Below, in pieces: positions 15,837 through 24,004 of a stretch of DNA of 24,704 nucleotides. The notes below the pieces were generated by a model. It saw only the letters and a list, made by a program, of their open reading frames with translations. It was not told the origin of the DNA and did no database searches. The stretch is taken from positions 1-24,704 of the forward strand of contig JBHHVT010000006.1 of assembly GCA_046754425.1 (NCBI GenBank). The letters run 5' to 3'. The number at the start of each line of letters is the position of its first letter. The stretch's first letter is position 1. The stretch is from Nitrospinota bacterium (GTDB taxonomy: Bacteria > Nitrospinota_A > UBA7883 > JACRGQ01). A program made the translations under genes and the position numbers.

Positions 15837-17660
15837 ATGCCGCATATAGGACAGATTAAAGTAATGCCGCCCGAGCTGGCCGACCGGCTGGCGGCGGGCG
15901 AGGTAGTGGAGCGTCCGGCTTCCGTTATCAAGGAGCTGATAGAAAACTCGCTCGACGCCGGCGCCTCCTTTATCGAGATAGAGGCGTCCGTCACCCGCAA
16001 GAGGATGCGCGTAAAGGACGACGGCTCCGGCATCGCCCGAGGCGAGCTTGAGCTGGCTCTCGGCAGGCACGGCACCAGCAAGATCGCCAGCTTCGAAGAT
16101 ATCTACAATATAAGCTCCTACGGTTTTCGCGGCGAGGCGCTGCCGTCCATCGCCTCCGTAAGCAGACTCACGCTCACCTCGTACCGCACGGGTGAAAAAG
16201 CAGGGCGTAAAATCATCGCCGAAGGCGGAAAGATAAGGGAAAGGTTCGACGCGCCTCCGGTTACCGGCACGGAGGTTGTCGTTGAAAACCTCTTTTACAA
16301 CACGCCCGCCAGAAGAAAATTCACGCGAACGAACTCCACGGAGATGACGCACGTAACGTCGCGCGTCATACAGTCCGCGCTGTCCGCTCCCGCTGTCCGT
16401 TTTTCCTTCATCAAGGACAATAAGCGAATCCTCGAACTGCCGCCCGCCAAAAGCCTGCTGGAGAGGGTGCGCTCCATATTCGGTCAGGAGTACGCGCAAA
16501 ACCTAGTCGAAGCCGGCTTCGCAGACTACAACATTAAGATAAGCGGCCTCGTCGGCAAGCCGGACTTCAACCGAGCCACCGCCATCGACCAGTATTTTTT
16601 CGTAAACAAAAGGCCGGTTAAGGACCCGCTCCTTCGTTCCGCCGTGTCGCGCGCGTACGAGGACCTTCTCCCGCGCGGGCGAAGGCCGGTCGTATTCCTT
16701 AACATAGAGCTGCCGCCCGCGTCGCTCGACGTAAACGTGCATCCCGCAAAGGCGGAACTCCGTTTTTCAAACCCCGGCGAGATGTCGTCCGTCGTTCTTC
16801 AGTCCATCCGCAAATCGCTCGGCCGCGCCGCAAGAGTGCACACCCAGAGCGCGCCGGCGTTTTCGCAGCCGATTTCGCCTTTTGGCCGGACGGACGGCCT
16901 CCTTCAGGCGGGCGCCGCATCCGGATTCGGTGCGGGCGGCGGCGCTCCGGACGGCGGTTTCGAGCGGAGTTTCGAGCTCTGGAGTTCGCCTTCACAAGCC
17001 GCGGCGTCTTCTGACATTATGGAAAAACCTTTACTGACGCAGGCGACGCACGGGCGGCTTGGGAAAAACGCCGTTCCGATAGGACAGCTTTTCAGGACAT
17101 TTCTCCTTTTCGAAGAGGGGGAAAGGCTGGTGGTAATGGATCAGCATACCGTCCACGAGCGGATACTGTTCGAGCGGCTTATGAAACGGTTCAAAACCTC
17201 CGCCATAGAACGGCAAAGACTGCTGGTAACCGACGCGTTTAAGCTTGATGCCAAGTCGTCCAGTGTCCTCGCCGACCATCTGAAAGATTTTTCCGGCCTC
17301 GGCTGGCATATCGAGGAGTTCGGCGAAAACTCGTTCGCAATCCGGGAAGTGCCCGCGCTTTTGGTCGGCAAGAATTACCGGGAGATTATAAAGGAGCTGA
17401 TCGCGGTCATAGAGAGGAACCGTGACGCGGAGTTTTCCCGGATGGTATCCGACTGCGCGGCGCGTATGGCGTGCCGGGGCGCGGTGATGGCGGGGGACGC
17501 CCTGAGCCTTAAGGAGATCGCCGCGCTCGCCGAGGAATTCGCAAAAGTGGAACTGCCCTACACATGCCCTCACGGCAGGCCGGTCGCCGTGTCCGTGGAC
17601 AGGGACAGCCTTTATAAAAATTTCTCCCGCCCCGTAAAGCAGCCTTCCAAAAAGCACTGA
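15837..17660 (+). CDS. mutL: DNA mismatch repair protein MutL (endonuclease-proficient type)
   Basis: N-terminal IKVMPPELADRLAAGEVVERPASVIKELIENSLDAGAS is the GHKL ATPase region of MutL. The C-terminal domain carries DQHTVHERILFERL (the DQHA(X)2E(X)4E motif) and CPHGRP. Confidence 0.9.
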   Translation: MPHIGQIKVMPPELADRLAAGEVVERPASVIKELIENSLDAGASFIEIEASVTRKRMRVKDDGSGIARGELELALGRHGTSKIASFEDIYNISSYGFRGEALPSIASVSRLTLTSYRTGEKAGRKIIAEGGKIRERFDAPPVTGTEVVVENLFYNTPARRKFTRTNSTEMTHVTSRVIQSALSAPAVRFSFIKDNKRILELPPAKSLLERVRSIFGQEYAQNLVEAGFADYNIKISGLVGKPDFNRATAIDQYFFVNKRPVKDPLLRSAVSRAYEDLLPRGRRPVVFLNIELPPASLDVNVHPAKAELRFSNPGEMSSVVLQSIRKSLGRAARVHTQSAPAFSQPISPFGRTDGLLQAGAASGFGAGGGAPDGGFERSFELWSSPSQAAASSDIMEKPLLTQATHGRLGKNAVPIGQLFRTFLLFEEGERLVVMDQHTVHERILFERLMKRFKTSAIERQRLLVTDAFKLDAKSSSVLADHLKDFSGLGWHIEEFGENSFAIREVPALLVGKNYREIIKELIAVIERNRDAEFSRMVSDCAARMACRGAVMAGDALSLKEIAALAEEFAKVELPYTCPHGRPVAVSVDRDSLYKNFSRPVKQPSKKH

Positions 17661-17799
17661 CCTCACTTAAATCTAGCTGGAAAAATCACCGCAAAGGACG
17701 CAGAGGGCACGGAGGGAACATAGAGAATTTATTTTTGCCTAAAAGGCTGCCTCGCCTTTGCCAATTCTCAGTATTTTTCAGGTCAGCGATATTTTTTTT

Positions 17800-17825
17800 C
17801 GGCAAGGCGAGCCTTGCCCCTGCCT
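17800..17825. repeat. palindromic repeat, family B, copy 2 (GGCAAGGCgaGCCTTGCCcctgcc)
   Basis: Located in the convergent intergenic region between mutL (+) and ftr (-). A T8 run immediately precedes it on the plus strand. Confidence 0.7.
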
Positions 17826-17828
17826 TAC

Positions 17829-18749
17829 CTACCTTTTCTCTGCGTCCTTCGCGGCCTCTGCGGTGAGGCAGTCGCGCAGTGAAATATTGATGCCGCCCAG
17901 CTTCCCGCCGAAATTCGCCGCGCCAATTTTCATGATACCTCCGGAGCAGGCGGCCCGGATGCCGTCGGCGACCGCCCTTTCGGCCGTCTCGACGTCTACC
18001 GCGTCTATCACAATTTCAAAAAGAGCTTCCACACCCTCCGGCAGTTTTCTATCCGGATTTCTTTTAGCGCTGATCGCGGGGCAATAATCCTCCTGCGTAG
18101 AGGCTTTAAGGAACGGGTAGCGCGACCCCACCCTGCTGGCTGAAGCGACCACGCCGCCCGCGAACGGCAGTATCAGCCCCGGCAATTTGGATATCTCCAT
18201 CGCGGCCCTTTCCGCGGCGCGAAGCCCCGCCTTGTAACTTGCCGCGTATATCCAAAAATTCGCGCCCGCCACCCCCATGCCGAGCTTCACCTTTTTTTCC
18301 ACGATGAATTCGCCGGATGTAATCGGAACCGCCACGCACTCCCTGCCGTACCGCGTATCTTCTTTTTCGAACCGGTTGCCGAAATAACCGACCTTCGCAC
18401 CGAGCTCGAACTCTTCTCCATCGTCGAGGCCGTTAAAGACCATCACGGTGGGACAGGGCAATAGCGTCTGCCCCACCCTTTTTATCAGCTCCTTTTCAAG
18501 AATCTCTTTCGTCCTTGCGAAAAAAAGAATTTCGTGCGCCGGCCTTCCGTCGACGCTTTTAAAATCCGTAGAACTCGCCTCTATGCCCGCCTCGCATCCG
18601 CAGCCTATAACGGAGGCCGCGCAGCCGACCGCCGACCGCGCCGCTTCGGCGGCCCACTTTCCGCTTCGCGCCGTCACAACGAGCCGCGCAAACCACGCCT
18701 CGAAACATTCCGCGCTAACATCTTCTATAGGAACGGAGTTAATCTTCAT
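17829..18749 (-). CDS. ftr: formylmethanofuran--tetrahydromethanopterin N-formyltransferase homolog (Ftr/FhcD)
   Basis: 306-aa protein beginning MKINSVPIEDVSAECFEAW...ARLVVTARSGKWAAEAA...SVIGCGCEAGIE. It is colinear end to end with archaeal Ftr (MEINGVEIEDTFAEAF...), including FAGGVVASASRVGS and ANFGGKLG near the C-terminus. Confidence 0.8.
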   Translation of the reverse strand: MKINSVPIEDVSAECFEAWFARLVVTARSGKWAAEAARSAVGCAASVIGCGCEAGIEASSTDFKSVDGRPAHEILFFARTKEILEKELIKRVGQTLLPCPTVMVFNGLDDGEEFELGAKVGYFGNRFEKEDTRYGRECVAVPITSGEFIVEKKVKLGMGVAGANFWIYAASYKAGLRAAERAAMEISKLPGLILPFAGGVVASASRVGSRYPFLKASTQEDYCPAISAKRNPDRKLPEGVEALFEIVIDAVDVETAERAVADGIRAACSGGIMKIGAANFGGKLGGINISLRDCLTAEAAKDAEKR

Positions 18750-20005
18750 AATAATTCCGGCGCTGTAACCGGCTTGCCGCCTATTATCACATGGCGGGGG
18801 TTCGCGAACATCTCTTCAATGTCGCCGCGCGGCTCGTAAAGCACGATATCGGCGATGGACCGTTCGCGCAGATTGCCGCGGTTGTCGAGAGCGCATGCGG
18901 CCGCCGGAGAGCTTCTGGTTATCCGGGCGATTTCGTATAGCGAATATTCGCGTTTGATTGACGAGAGACTTGACGCTTTAACGGCGTCCGGATTAAGTGT
19001 ATTTAAAAAAGCGTTCCTTTTTTCCGCGTCCATAAGGCAGGCGATGATGAAAGGGTACGACTCCACTCTGCCGCCCGACGGGAAGTCTACCGAAAGCGAA
19101 ACCTTCGACAAGTCTTCCAGGTAAAGCAGAAACTCCATGCCGTTAATCCACAGCATGGAGTCTATATAACACTCCTTTAGATAATTGTACGGTAGAGCCG
19201 TATATGGCGACGCCGGATGTCCGATGATCTCCTTTTTGGCAACCGACGCTAGCCTGTCGGACAGCGCCTTTTCCGCCGTAAAGATTACCGTGCCGCCAAA
19301 AGTTATCGGAGCGGAGTCGAAGGTGACGTTTTCATGTTTAGCCAGCAGACGCGCCGCCTTTTGCGCGGCGGGAACAAGTCTTTTACCGGAGCGTTCGAAA
19401 CAGTGGTGCGAGAGGTGGGAGATGTGACATCTTCTTCCGTCCAGTTTTTGCAAAAAACTTTCAAGCGTTAAAAATCCGTCGCGTTCGGCGAGATGCGGCA
19501 GATGAACGCGCGGAGCGGCGCCGGTTTTTTTTTCGCCGAGATCGGTCAGCATTTTTTCGACTGCGTTTTCACCGACATGCTTCATCGATAAAAACCGTGA
19601 GCCGCTCTGGCTTCCCGCAAAACCGAGCAGGGCGTGCGATATTGGGTAGCGGTGGTCCGCATTTTCCAGCTCCGCCGCCCGCGCTCCCGTCACTCCGGCC
19701 TCAACGAAATACGAATAGCCGAGCGCGCGCTGTTTTTCCATGATTTTTATCGGATTATCGAACTCAGCCAAAGCCTGGCTGCCGGTTAACCGCGCAAGCT
19801 GTGAAAGCGCAAGAACGTGTGTATGGATATCGAGCGCTCCCGCCATGCCCACAAGGGATGACGCGTCCATCGTTTCTTCGACCACGCCCGACGAAACAAT
19901 AACGGAGCCGTCGGTATATATGTCGCGCTGTTTGCCGTCCTCGCCGGCTGCGGGGTCGTAGATTTTAGCTCCGGTTATCTTCAAGCGTATCTCGCGCAAA
20001 ACCAA
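18746..20005 (-). CDS. amidohydrolase-superfamily protein, FwdA/FhcA-like (formylmethanofuran dehydrogenase subunit A-related)
   Basis: 419 aa. The N-terminal amidohydrolase signature is LKITGAKIYDPAAG...DIYTDGSVIVS followed by an HxH metal motif (DIHTHV). A C-terminal ADIVLYEP motif is present. Its 3' end overlaps the ftr start by 4 nt, and this operon context supports FwdA/FhcA-like function. It is shorter than canonical FwdA/FhcA, which is about 550 aa. Confidence 0.55.
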   Translation of the reverse strand: MVLREIRLKITGAKIYDPAAGEDGKQRDIYTDGSVIVSSGVVEETMDASSLVGMAGALDIHTHVLALSQLARLTGSQALAEFDNPIKIMEKQRALGYSYFVEAGVTGARAAELENADHRYPISHALLGFAGSQSGSRFLSMKHVGENAVEKMLTDLGEKKTGAAPRVHLPHLAERDGFLTLESFLQKLDGRRCHISHLSHHCFERSGKRLVPAAQKAARLLAKHENVTFDSAPITFGGTVIFTAEKALSDRLASVAKKEIIGHPASPYTALPYNYLKECYIDSMLWINGMEFLLYLEDLSKVSLSVDFPSGGRVESYPFIIACLMDAEKRNAFLNTLNPDAVKASSLSSIKREYSLYEIARITRSSPAAACALDNRGNLRERSIADIVLYEPRGDIEEMFANPRHVIIGGKPVTAPELL

Positions 20006-20023
20006 ATGCCATTGGCCGCGCAG

Positions 20024-21046
20024 TTAAGGCACCGCGCTGAAAACGGGCCTGTAACTGAAGGTGGCCACTATGTGGATTCTTTTTTTATCGAGAGTTTGCG
20101 GAAACGGAGGGAACGGCCCCGCGGCCTTGACCGCCATAACGGAAGCGATATCGAGCACCTCGGCGCCAGACGAGGAGACCACATTCTGCTCCACAAGAAC
20201 CCCCTCTTTGGAGAGCGTAAACCGCACCTGCGCCTGCCCTCCCACGCCGTCGATCATCGCCTGCTCGGGGTAAAACCAAACGGTTTCGAGCGCGCGGCGT
20301 ATTTTGGAAAAATAAGCCATGTATTTAAACTTTCGCGTGTTGAGCGAGACGACCATCTCGTCTTTCGTCTCCAGGTATGTATCCGGGTTATTGGCAATAA
20401 AAAAATCCACCTCCTCGCCGCTGAGCAGCCGTTCCCCCTCCCGCGGCTCCCTGTCCGGCCGAGTCGCGTCGATCACTACCCCGGCCTGAAGCCTCGGGTC
20501 CGTGGAAATACCCGCCAGCTCTTTTGGATACTCCAGCTTTTTCGGCTCGCTCCGGCTCGGCTCCGGCCGTCCGGCGTCCTCGATGAACGGATTTGGAACT
20601 TCCATGGAGGCGAGGCTTTCGTCCGCCTTGAGGCCGGGGCGCTCGACGGGAACAGGCTTTGGCGCGGCGGCCGGCCTGCTCTTGGGCCCCACCTCGGATT
20701 GCTTGTAGGGAAGAACCACTTTTTTCTTCGGTATTGAAATCTCCTTGTGCAGCAGCTTCTCGCTTATCTGCGGTCCGCTCGGGTTTGAATCGAAATCCGC
20801 CAACACGGCTTTCACGGAATCGTCGTGCGGCTCCCGCTTATCGGGCGGCATGCTTTCCGCTATCCTGCCCTCCGGAAACTCCTCGTTAGGCAGCGGTACG
20901 CTTTTTACCAGCGTTACCGATACCGGATCGCGAGGCGGCCTCGGGGGAGGAGTTACGTCGAAAACAAGTTCGGAAAAGCCCGCAAACGTGAAGTGCACGA
21001 TAACGGAAAAAAGCAGGAAGCGCCACATGCGTACCCTGAACCACAT
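20024..21046 (-). CDS. TonB-family energy transducer
   Basis: N-terminal TM helix, then a Pro-rich spacer (PPPRPPRDP, PKPVPVERP), then a C-terminal TonB_C-like domain (GGQAQVRFTLSKEGVLVEQNVVSSSGAEVLDIASVMAVKAAGPFPPFP). An alternative start at M7 (21028) is possible. Confidence 0.7.
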   Translation of the reverse strand: MWFRVRMWRFLLFSVIVHFTFAGFSELVFDVTPPPRPPRDPVSVTLVKSVPLPNEEFPEGRIAESMPPDKREPHDDSVKAVLADFDSNPSGPQISEKLLHKEISIPKKKVVLPYKQSEVGPKSRPAAAPKPVPVERPGLKADESLASMEVPNPFIEDAGRPEPSRSEPKKLEYPKELAGISTDPRLQAGVVIDATRPDREPREGERLLSGEEVDFFIANNPDTYLETKDEMVVSLNTRKFKYMAYFSKIRRALETVWFYPEQAMIDGVGGQAQVRFTLSKEGVLVEQNVVSSSGAEVLDIASVMAVKAAGPFPPFPQTLDKKRIHIVATFSYRPVFSAVP

Positions 21047-21177
21047 CCGCTACAGTTTAACCCGACTTTGCATTAATACAATCAGAGTTTTAAAAATTTC
21101 CAACGTGGTGATGCAAAGAGAGCGGTTTAACCGGAGATATTTTTACCGTAAAGGACGCGGAGAAAGCCTTTGACGTG

Positions 21178-21245
21178 CCAGTCACGTGCCCACACGTGAC
21201 GGCGATATTGGACAGCAAGGGGTCACGCGAAGGCGCGTGACTCCC
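21178..21245. promoter_or_regulatory. twin palindromes GTCACGTG-ccca-CACGTGAC and GTCACGCG-aagg-CGCGTGAC
   Basis: Two near-identical 8-4-8 inverted repeats at 21181-21200 and 21222-21241, with centres 43 bp apart. They lie between the pilin 1 stop and the tonB start. Neither is followed by a U-tract on either strand. Confidence 0.4.
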
Positions 21246-21287
21246 ACATAACGCAAAACCTAACCTCTGGGCAGTGTATTCTCACAA

Positions 21288-21728
21288 TTACCACTGCGCG
21301 CCGCCGAGCGAGGAATCCCAGATATACGCGGTACCGGTGCCGTCTACCGCGTTGGTACCCGTAGCCGACCAGCATGTTGCGATCACTGCGGGGCAATTGG
21401 GACCGCCCCCGAACGCGACGAGATTGGCCCCCGTGGAATCTGTAGCCATGACGTAACCGAAATTGGCGGTTATATCGTTTGCGCCGCCGCCTCCGATAGT
21501 AGCGCCCACGTAAGTATTGTTATTTACAAAATAGGCCTCCATTGCAACCGCCAGGTTACGGAGAGTCGATGTAACTTCACCGTCTTTACTTGCTCTTTTA
21601 TATGCGGCGAACTGAGGGACGGCGATCGCCGCCAGGATACCGATTATTGCGATGACAACCAGGAGTTCTATCAATGTAAAGCCGTTGTCGCTTCGAGCTG
21701 AGCCGCCGGTTTTAACATCCATTTTCAA
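21288..21728 (-). CDS. type IV pilin (prepilin with N-terminal methylation domain), paralog 1
   Basis: Leader MKMDVKTGGSARSDNG followed by FTLIELLVVIAIIGILAAIA (class III signal, G|F cleavage site, Glu+5). The C-terminus has a Cys pair. RBS ACGGAG is present. Confidence 0.85.
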   Translation of the reverse strand: MKMDVKTGGSARSDNGFTLIELLVVIAIIGILAAIAVPQFAAYKRASKDGEVTSTLRNLAVAMEAYFVNNNTYVGATIGGGGANDITANFGYVMATDSTGANLVAFGGGPNCPAVIATCWSATGTNAVDGTGTAYIWDSSLGGAQW

Positions 21729-21754
21729 CTCCGTAAAGATTTTTTTAAACTAAC

Positions 21755-21793
21755 TCTAAAATAAAAAAGGGTACGGAGTAAAACTCCGTACCC
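21755..21793 (-). terminator. Rho-independent terminator downstream of pilin paralog 2
   Basis: On the minus strand this reads GGGUACGGAG-UUUUA-CUCCGUACCC, a perfect 10-bp stem, followed by UUUUUUAUUUU. It lies between the two pilin genes. Confidence 0.7.
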
Positions 21794-21822
21794 TGATTAC
21801 ACTCAAGTTAATCCGAGTGACG

Positions 21823-22260
21823 TTACCACTGTGCTCCGCCAAGGGTTGAATCCCAGGAGTACACGGTACCGGAACCGTCTGTAGCGTTTGTGCCAGTAGC
21901 GGACCAACAGGTAGCCGTAAGCGCCGCTCCGCAACCACCCGCAACCGCTGCCGGAAGCGTTACAACCACCGCGCCAGCCGAATCTTTAACTATTACCAGA
22001 CCATGGGTCGTCACAAGAGCGTTAGCAGCAGCGTAGGCAGCGCCTACGTATGTCGTATTGGCGACATAGTAAGCTTCCATCGCAACCGCCAGGTTCCTGA
22101 GGGCCGACTGAACCTCGCCGTCATTAGCCGATTTTTTATAGGCCGCGAACTGCGGTATCGCTATGGCCGCAAGTATGCCGATGATGGCGATAACGACCAG
22201 CAATTCGATCAGCGTAAAGCCTTTTTCCTGCCGCATCACTTTTTTCATTTTTTCCAACAT
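21823..22260 (-). CDS. type IV pilin (prepilin), paralog 2
   Basis: Leader MLEKMKKVMRQEKG followed by FTLIELLVVIAIIGILAAIA. A strong RBS AGGAGG lies 6 nt upstream of the ATG. The C-terminal TCWSATGTNA.DG.GT.Y.WDS.LGGAQW is shared with paralog 1. Confidence 0.85.
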   Translation of the reverse strand: MLEKMKKVMRQEKGFTLIELLVVIAIIGILAAIAIPQFAAYKKSANDGEVQSALRNLAVAMEAYYVANTTYVGAAYAAANALVTTHGLVIVKDSAGAVVVTLPAAVAGGCGAALTATCWSATGTNATDGSGTVYSWDSTLGGAQW

Positions 22261-22327
22261 TTTGAACCTCCTAAGTTCCAGTTATTAATTAAACCACCTA
22301 GTTACTTGTCATCTGCCCCTATACAGG

Positions 22328-22342
22328 GCAATAACAATGCCA
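22328..22342 (-). promoter_or_regulatory. sigma-54 (-24/-12) type promoter upstream of pilin paralog 2
   Basis: The minus strand reads TGGCAT-TGTTA-TTGCC against the consensus TGGCACG-N4-TTGCW, with GG and TTGC conserved at the correct spacing. It sits 68-82 nt upstream of the pilin ATG inside an AT-rich leader. Confidence 0.45.
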
Positions 22343-22436
22343 TTAATATAACTATTGTCATTTCAATGTATTATCTTATTTTCAGTTAATCGATTTCCAA
22401 CATAAAACGCTTTTTTGAACCAAAAACTGTCCTGTT

Positions 22437-22451
22437 TGACAAAATTTGTCA
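22437..22451. promoter_or_regulatory. perfect 7-1-7 palindrome TGACAAAaTTTGTCA, a candidate upstream activator or operator site
   Basis: Perfect inverted repeat located about 110-125 bp upstream of the putative sigma-54 -12 element of pilin 2, in the divergent region shared with the glutaredoxin-like gene. Confidence 0.3.
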
Positions 22452-22653
22452 CGCCTGCCTTGCAGGCAGAGGCGATATGCCGGCGCCATAACCGTATGTA
22501 GGGGCTGGGCTTGCCCTGCCCGTCTTTGCTGTGCACCAGAAAGAGGGCGCGGCGAGCGGCGCCCCTGCATTGGGCCGCTGTAATTTGCTGTCCTCCTGGC
22601 GGAAATGTATGATTGGCTTCATAACGTAAAGATTACAGGAGGACGAAACGGCA

Positions 22654-22917
22654 TTGGGCGAGATAATGCTGACCATCTATACAAAGCCGGATTGCGGCTT
22701 GTGCGACGAGATGAAAGAGGTCATCGCCTCGCTGCCGAAAGAGCTGCGGGTGACACTAAGGGAGATAGACATAACAGTGGACCCGGAACTTGAAAAGAAA
22801 TACTTCCTCGATATACCTCTTCTTCTCCATGGAGACAGATGCCTTGCCAGGCACAGGGCAAATGAAAAAACCCTCCTTAACAAGATTCGCAAGCTGGCCG
22901 GTAATGGTTTGCCGTGA
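22654..22917 (+). CDS. glutaredoxin-like thioredoxin-fold protein (CxxC)
   Basis: Small protein TIYTKPDCGLCDEMKEV with a CGLC redox motif in the glutaredoxin-2/DUF836-like position. The start is either the TTG at 22654 or the ATG at 22666. The stop overlaps the next gene's start (GTGA). Confidence 0.6.
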   Translation: MGEIMLTIYTKPDCGLCDEMKEVIASLPKELRVTLREIDITVDPELEKKYFLDIPLLLHGDRCLARHRANEKTLLNKIRKLAGNGLP

Positions 22918-23972
22918 AACTCCTTATAGTCAAAATCAGTTCGCTGGGCGACGTTATCCACGGTTTCGCGGTGGCTAAGGAGCTTAAGGCCCAAAGGCCG
23001 GATATAACCATTGACTGGCTCGTGGGCGATGTTTATGCGGAGCTGGTGGAACATCAGCCGGCTGTACGGAAGGTCTGGCGGTTCAGACGCGGGCAGTGGG
23101 GCGGAAACTGGCGAAAACCGTCTACATGGTCCGAGATCGCGGCTCTCATGTCATCAATACGAAGCGAACGGTACGATGTCTGCCTTGACCTTCAGGGACT
23201 ATTGCGCAGCGGACTTATCACACTTTTTTCGGGCGCGAAAAAACGTGTCGGATACCATAAGGCCCGGGAGGGCGGCAGACTTTGCTACGACGTGCGGCTG
23301 GAAAGCGGCGAAAGCGAGCACGCCGTCGACATCCTTTCGCGCTCCCTCACCTTTTTCGATGCGGAGATTCCGGAAAATCCCGCATTCAAATTCGATATTC
23401 CCGGGGAGGCTGTAGACGGAGTCAAAAAACTTTTGGCGGAGTTCGGCATATCAGGCCCGCCGGGCCAAAACGCCATGGCCGCGCAGGCCGGAAAATATAT
23501 GGTTTTTCATCCCGGCGCGCGATGGGATACAAAGAAATGGCCCAAAGGGAGATGGTCCGAGCTTGCCGATAGCTTATCAAAAAGCGCGTCTCTGCCGGTA
23601 ATCTTCACCGGCTCCGGCGGCGAGTCCGGCATCATAAATGAAATTATTAACGGCCGCATAAATCTTTTCAACGCGGCGGGCCGTCTTACGCTTTTGGAAC
23701 TCTCGGCGCTATTAAGGGACGCGGAACTGATAGTGACGGTCGATTCCGGCCCGATGCACATGGCGGCGGCCTTTTCCACGCCTGTCGTCGCACTGTTCGG
23801 ACCGACATCGACCGCAAAAACAGGCCCGCGTTCCGCCGGACCGGTAGATATGGTTACGGCTCGCTATGACTGCGCTCCCTGTTTTAAGAGAGACTGCAAT
23901 ATGAGGCCCAACTGCATGGATGCGATAACCGCCGCGGAGGTGGAGCAAAAAGTTCTTGCTCTGCTCGAATAA
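22914..23972 (+). CDS. ADP-heptose:LPS heptosyltransferase (GT9 family)
   Basis: N-terminal KLLIVKISSLGDVIHGFAV is the GT9 (RfaF/WaaC/WaaQ) signature. The C-terminal VTVDSGPMHMAAA matches the GT9 nucleotide-sugar binding region. The start is a GTG at 22914. Confidence 0.8.
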   Translation: MKLLIVKISSLGDVIHGFAVAKELKAQRPDITIDWLVGDVYAELVEHQPAVRKVWRFRRGQWGGNWRKPSTWSEIAALMSSIRSERYDVCLDLQGLLRSGLITLFSGAKKRVGYHKAREGGRLCYDVRLESGESEHAVDILSRSLTFFDAEIPENPAFKFDIPGEAVDGVKKLLAEFGISGPPGQNAMAAQAGKYMVFHPGARWDTKKWPKGRWSELADSLSKSASLPVIFTGSGGESGIINEIINGRINLFNAAGRLTLLELSALLRDAELIVTVDSGPMHMAAAFSTPVVALFGPTSTAKTGPRSAGPVDMVTARYDCAPCFKRDCNMRPNCMDAITAAEVEQKVLALLE

Positions 23973-24004
23973 GACGGCATACGGTCCGGATTTAGGCTCA
24001 ATAT

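Noticed and set aside
15762-17666. Minus-strand ORFs 15762..16499, 16503..16742, 16699..16995 and 17031..17666 antisense to mutL
   Set aside because: All are embedded in the mutL frame. The 16699..16995 product is an Arg-rich low-complexity artefact of reading GC-rich codons in reverse.
20006-21173. Plus-strand ORFs 20006..20737, 20745..21173 and 20825..21076 opposite the TonB gene
   Set aside because: They are antisense to a well-supported TonB_C-containing gene, and their products are Arg/Pro-rich and low complexity.
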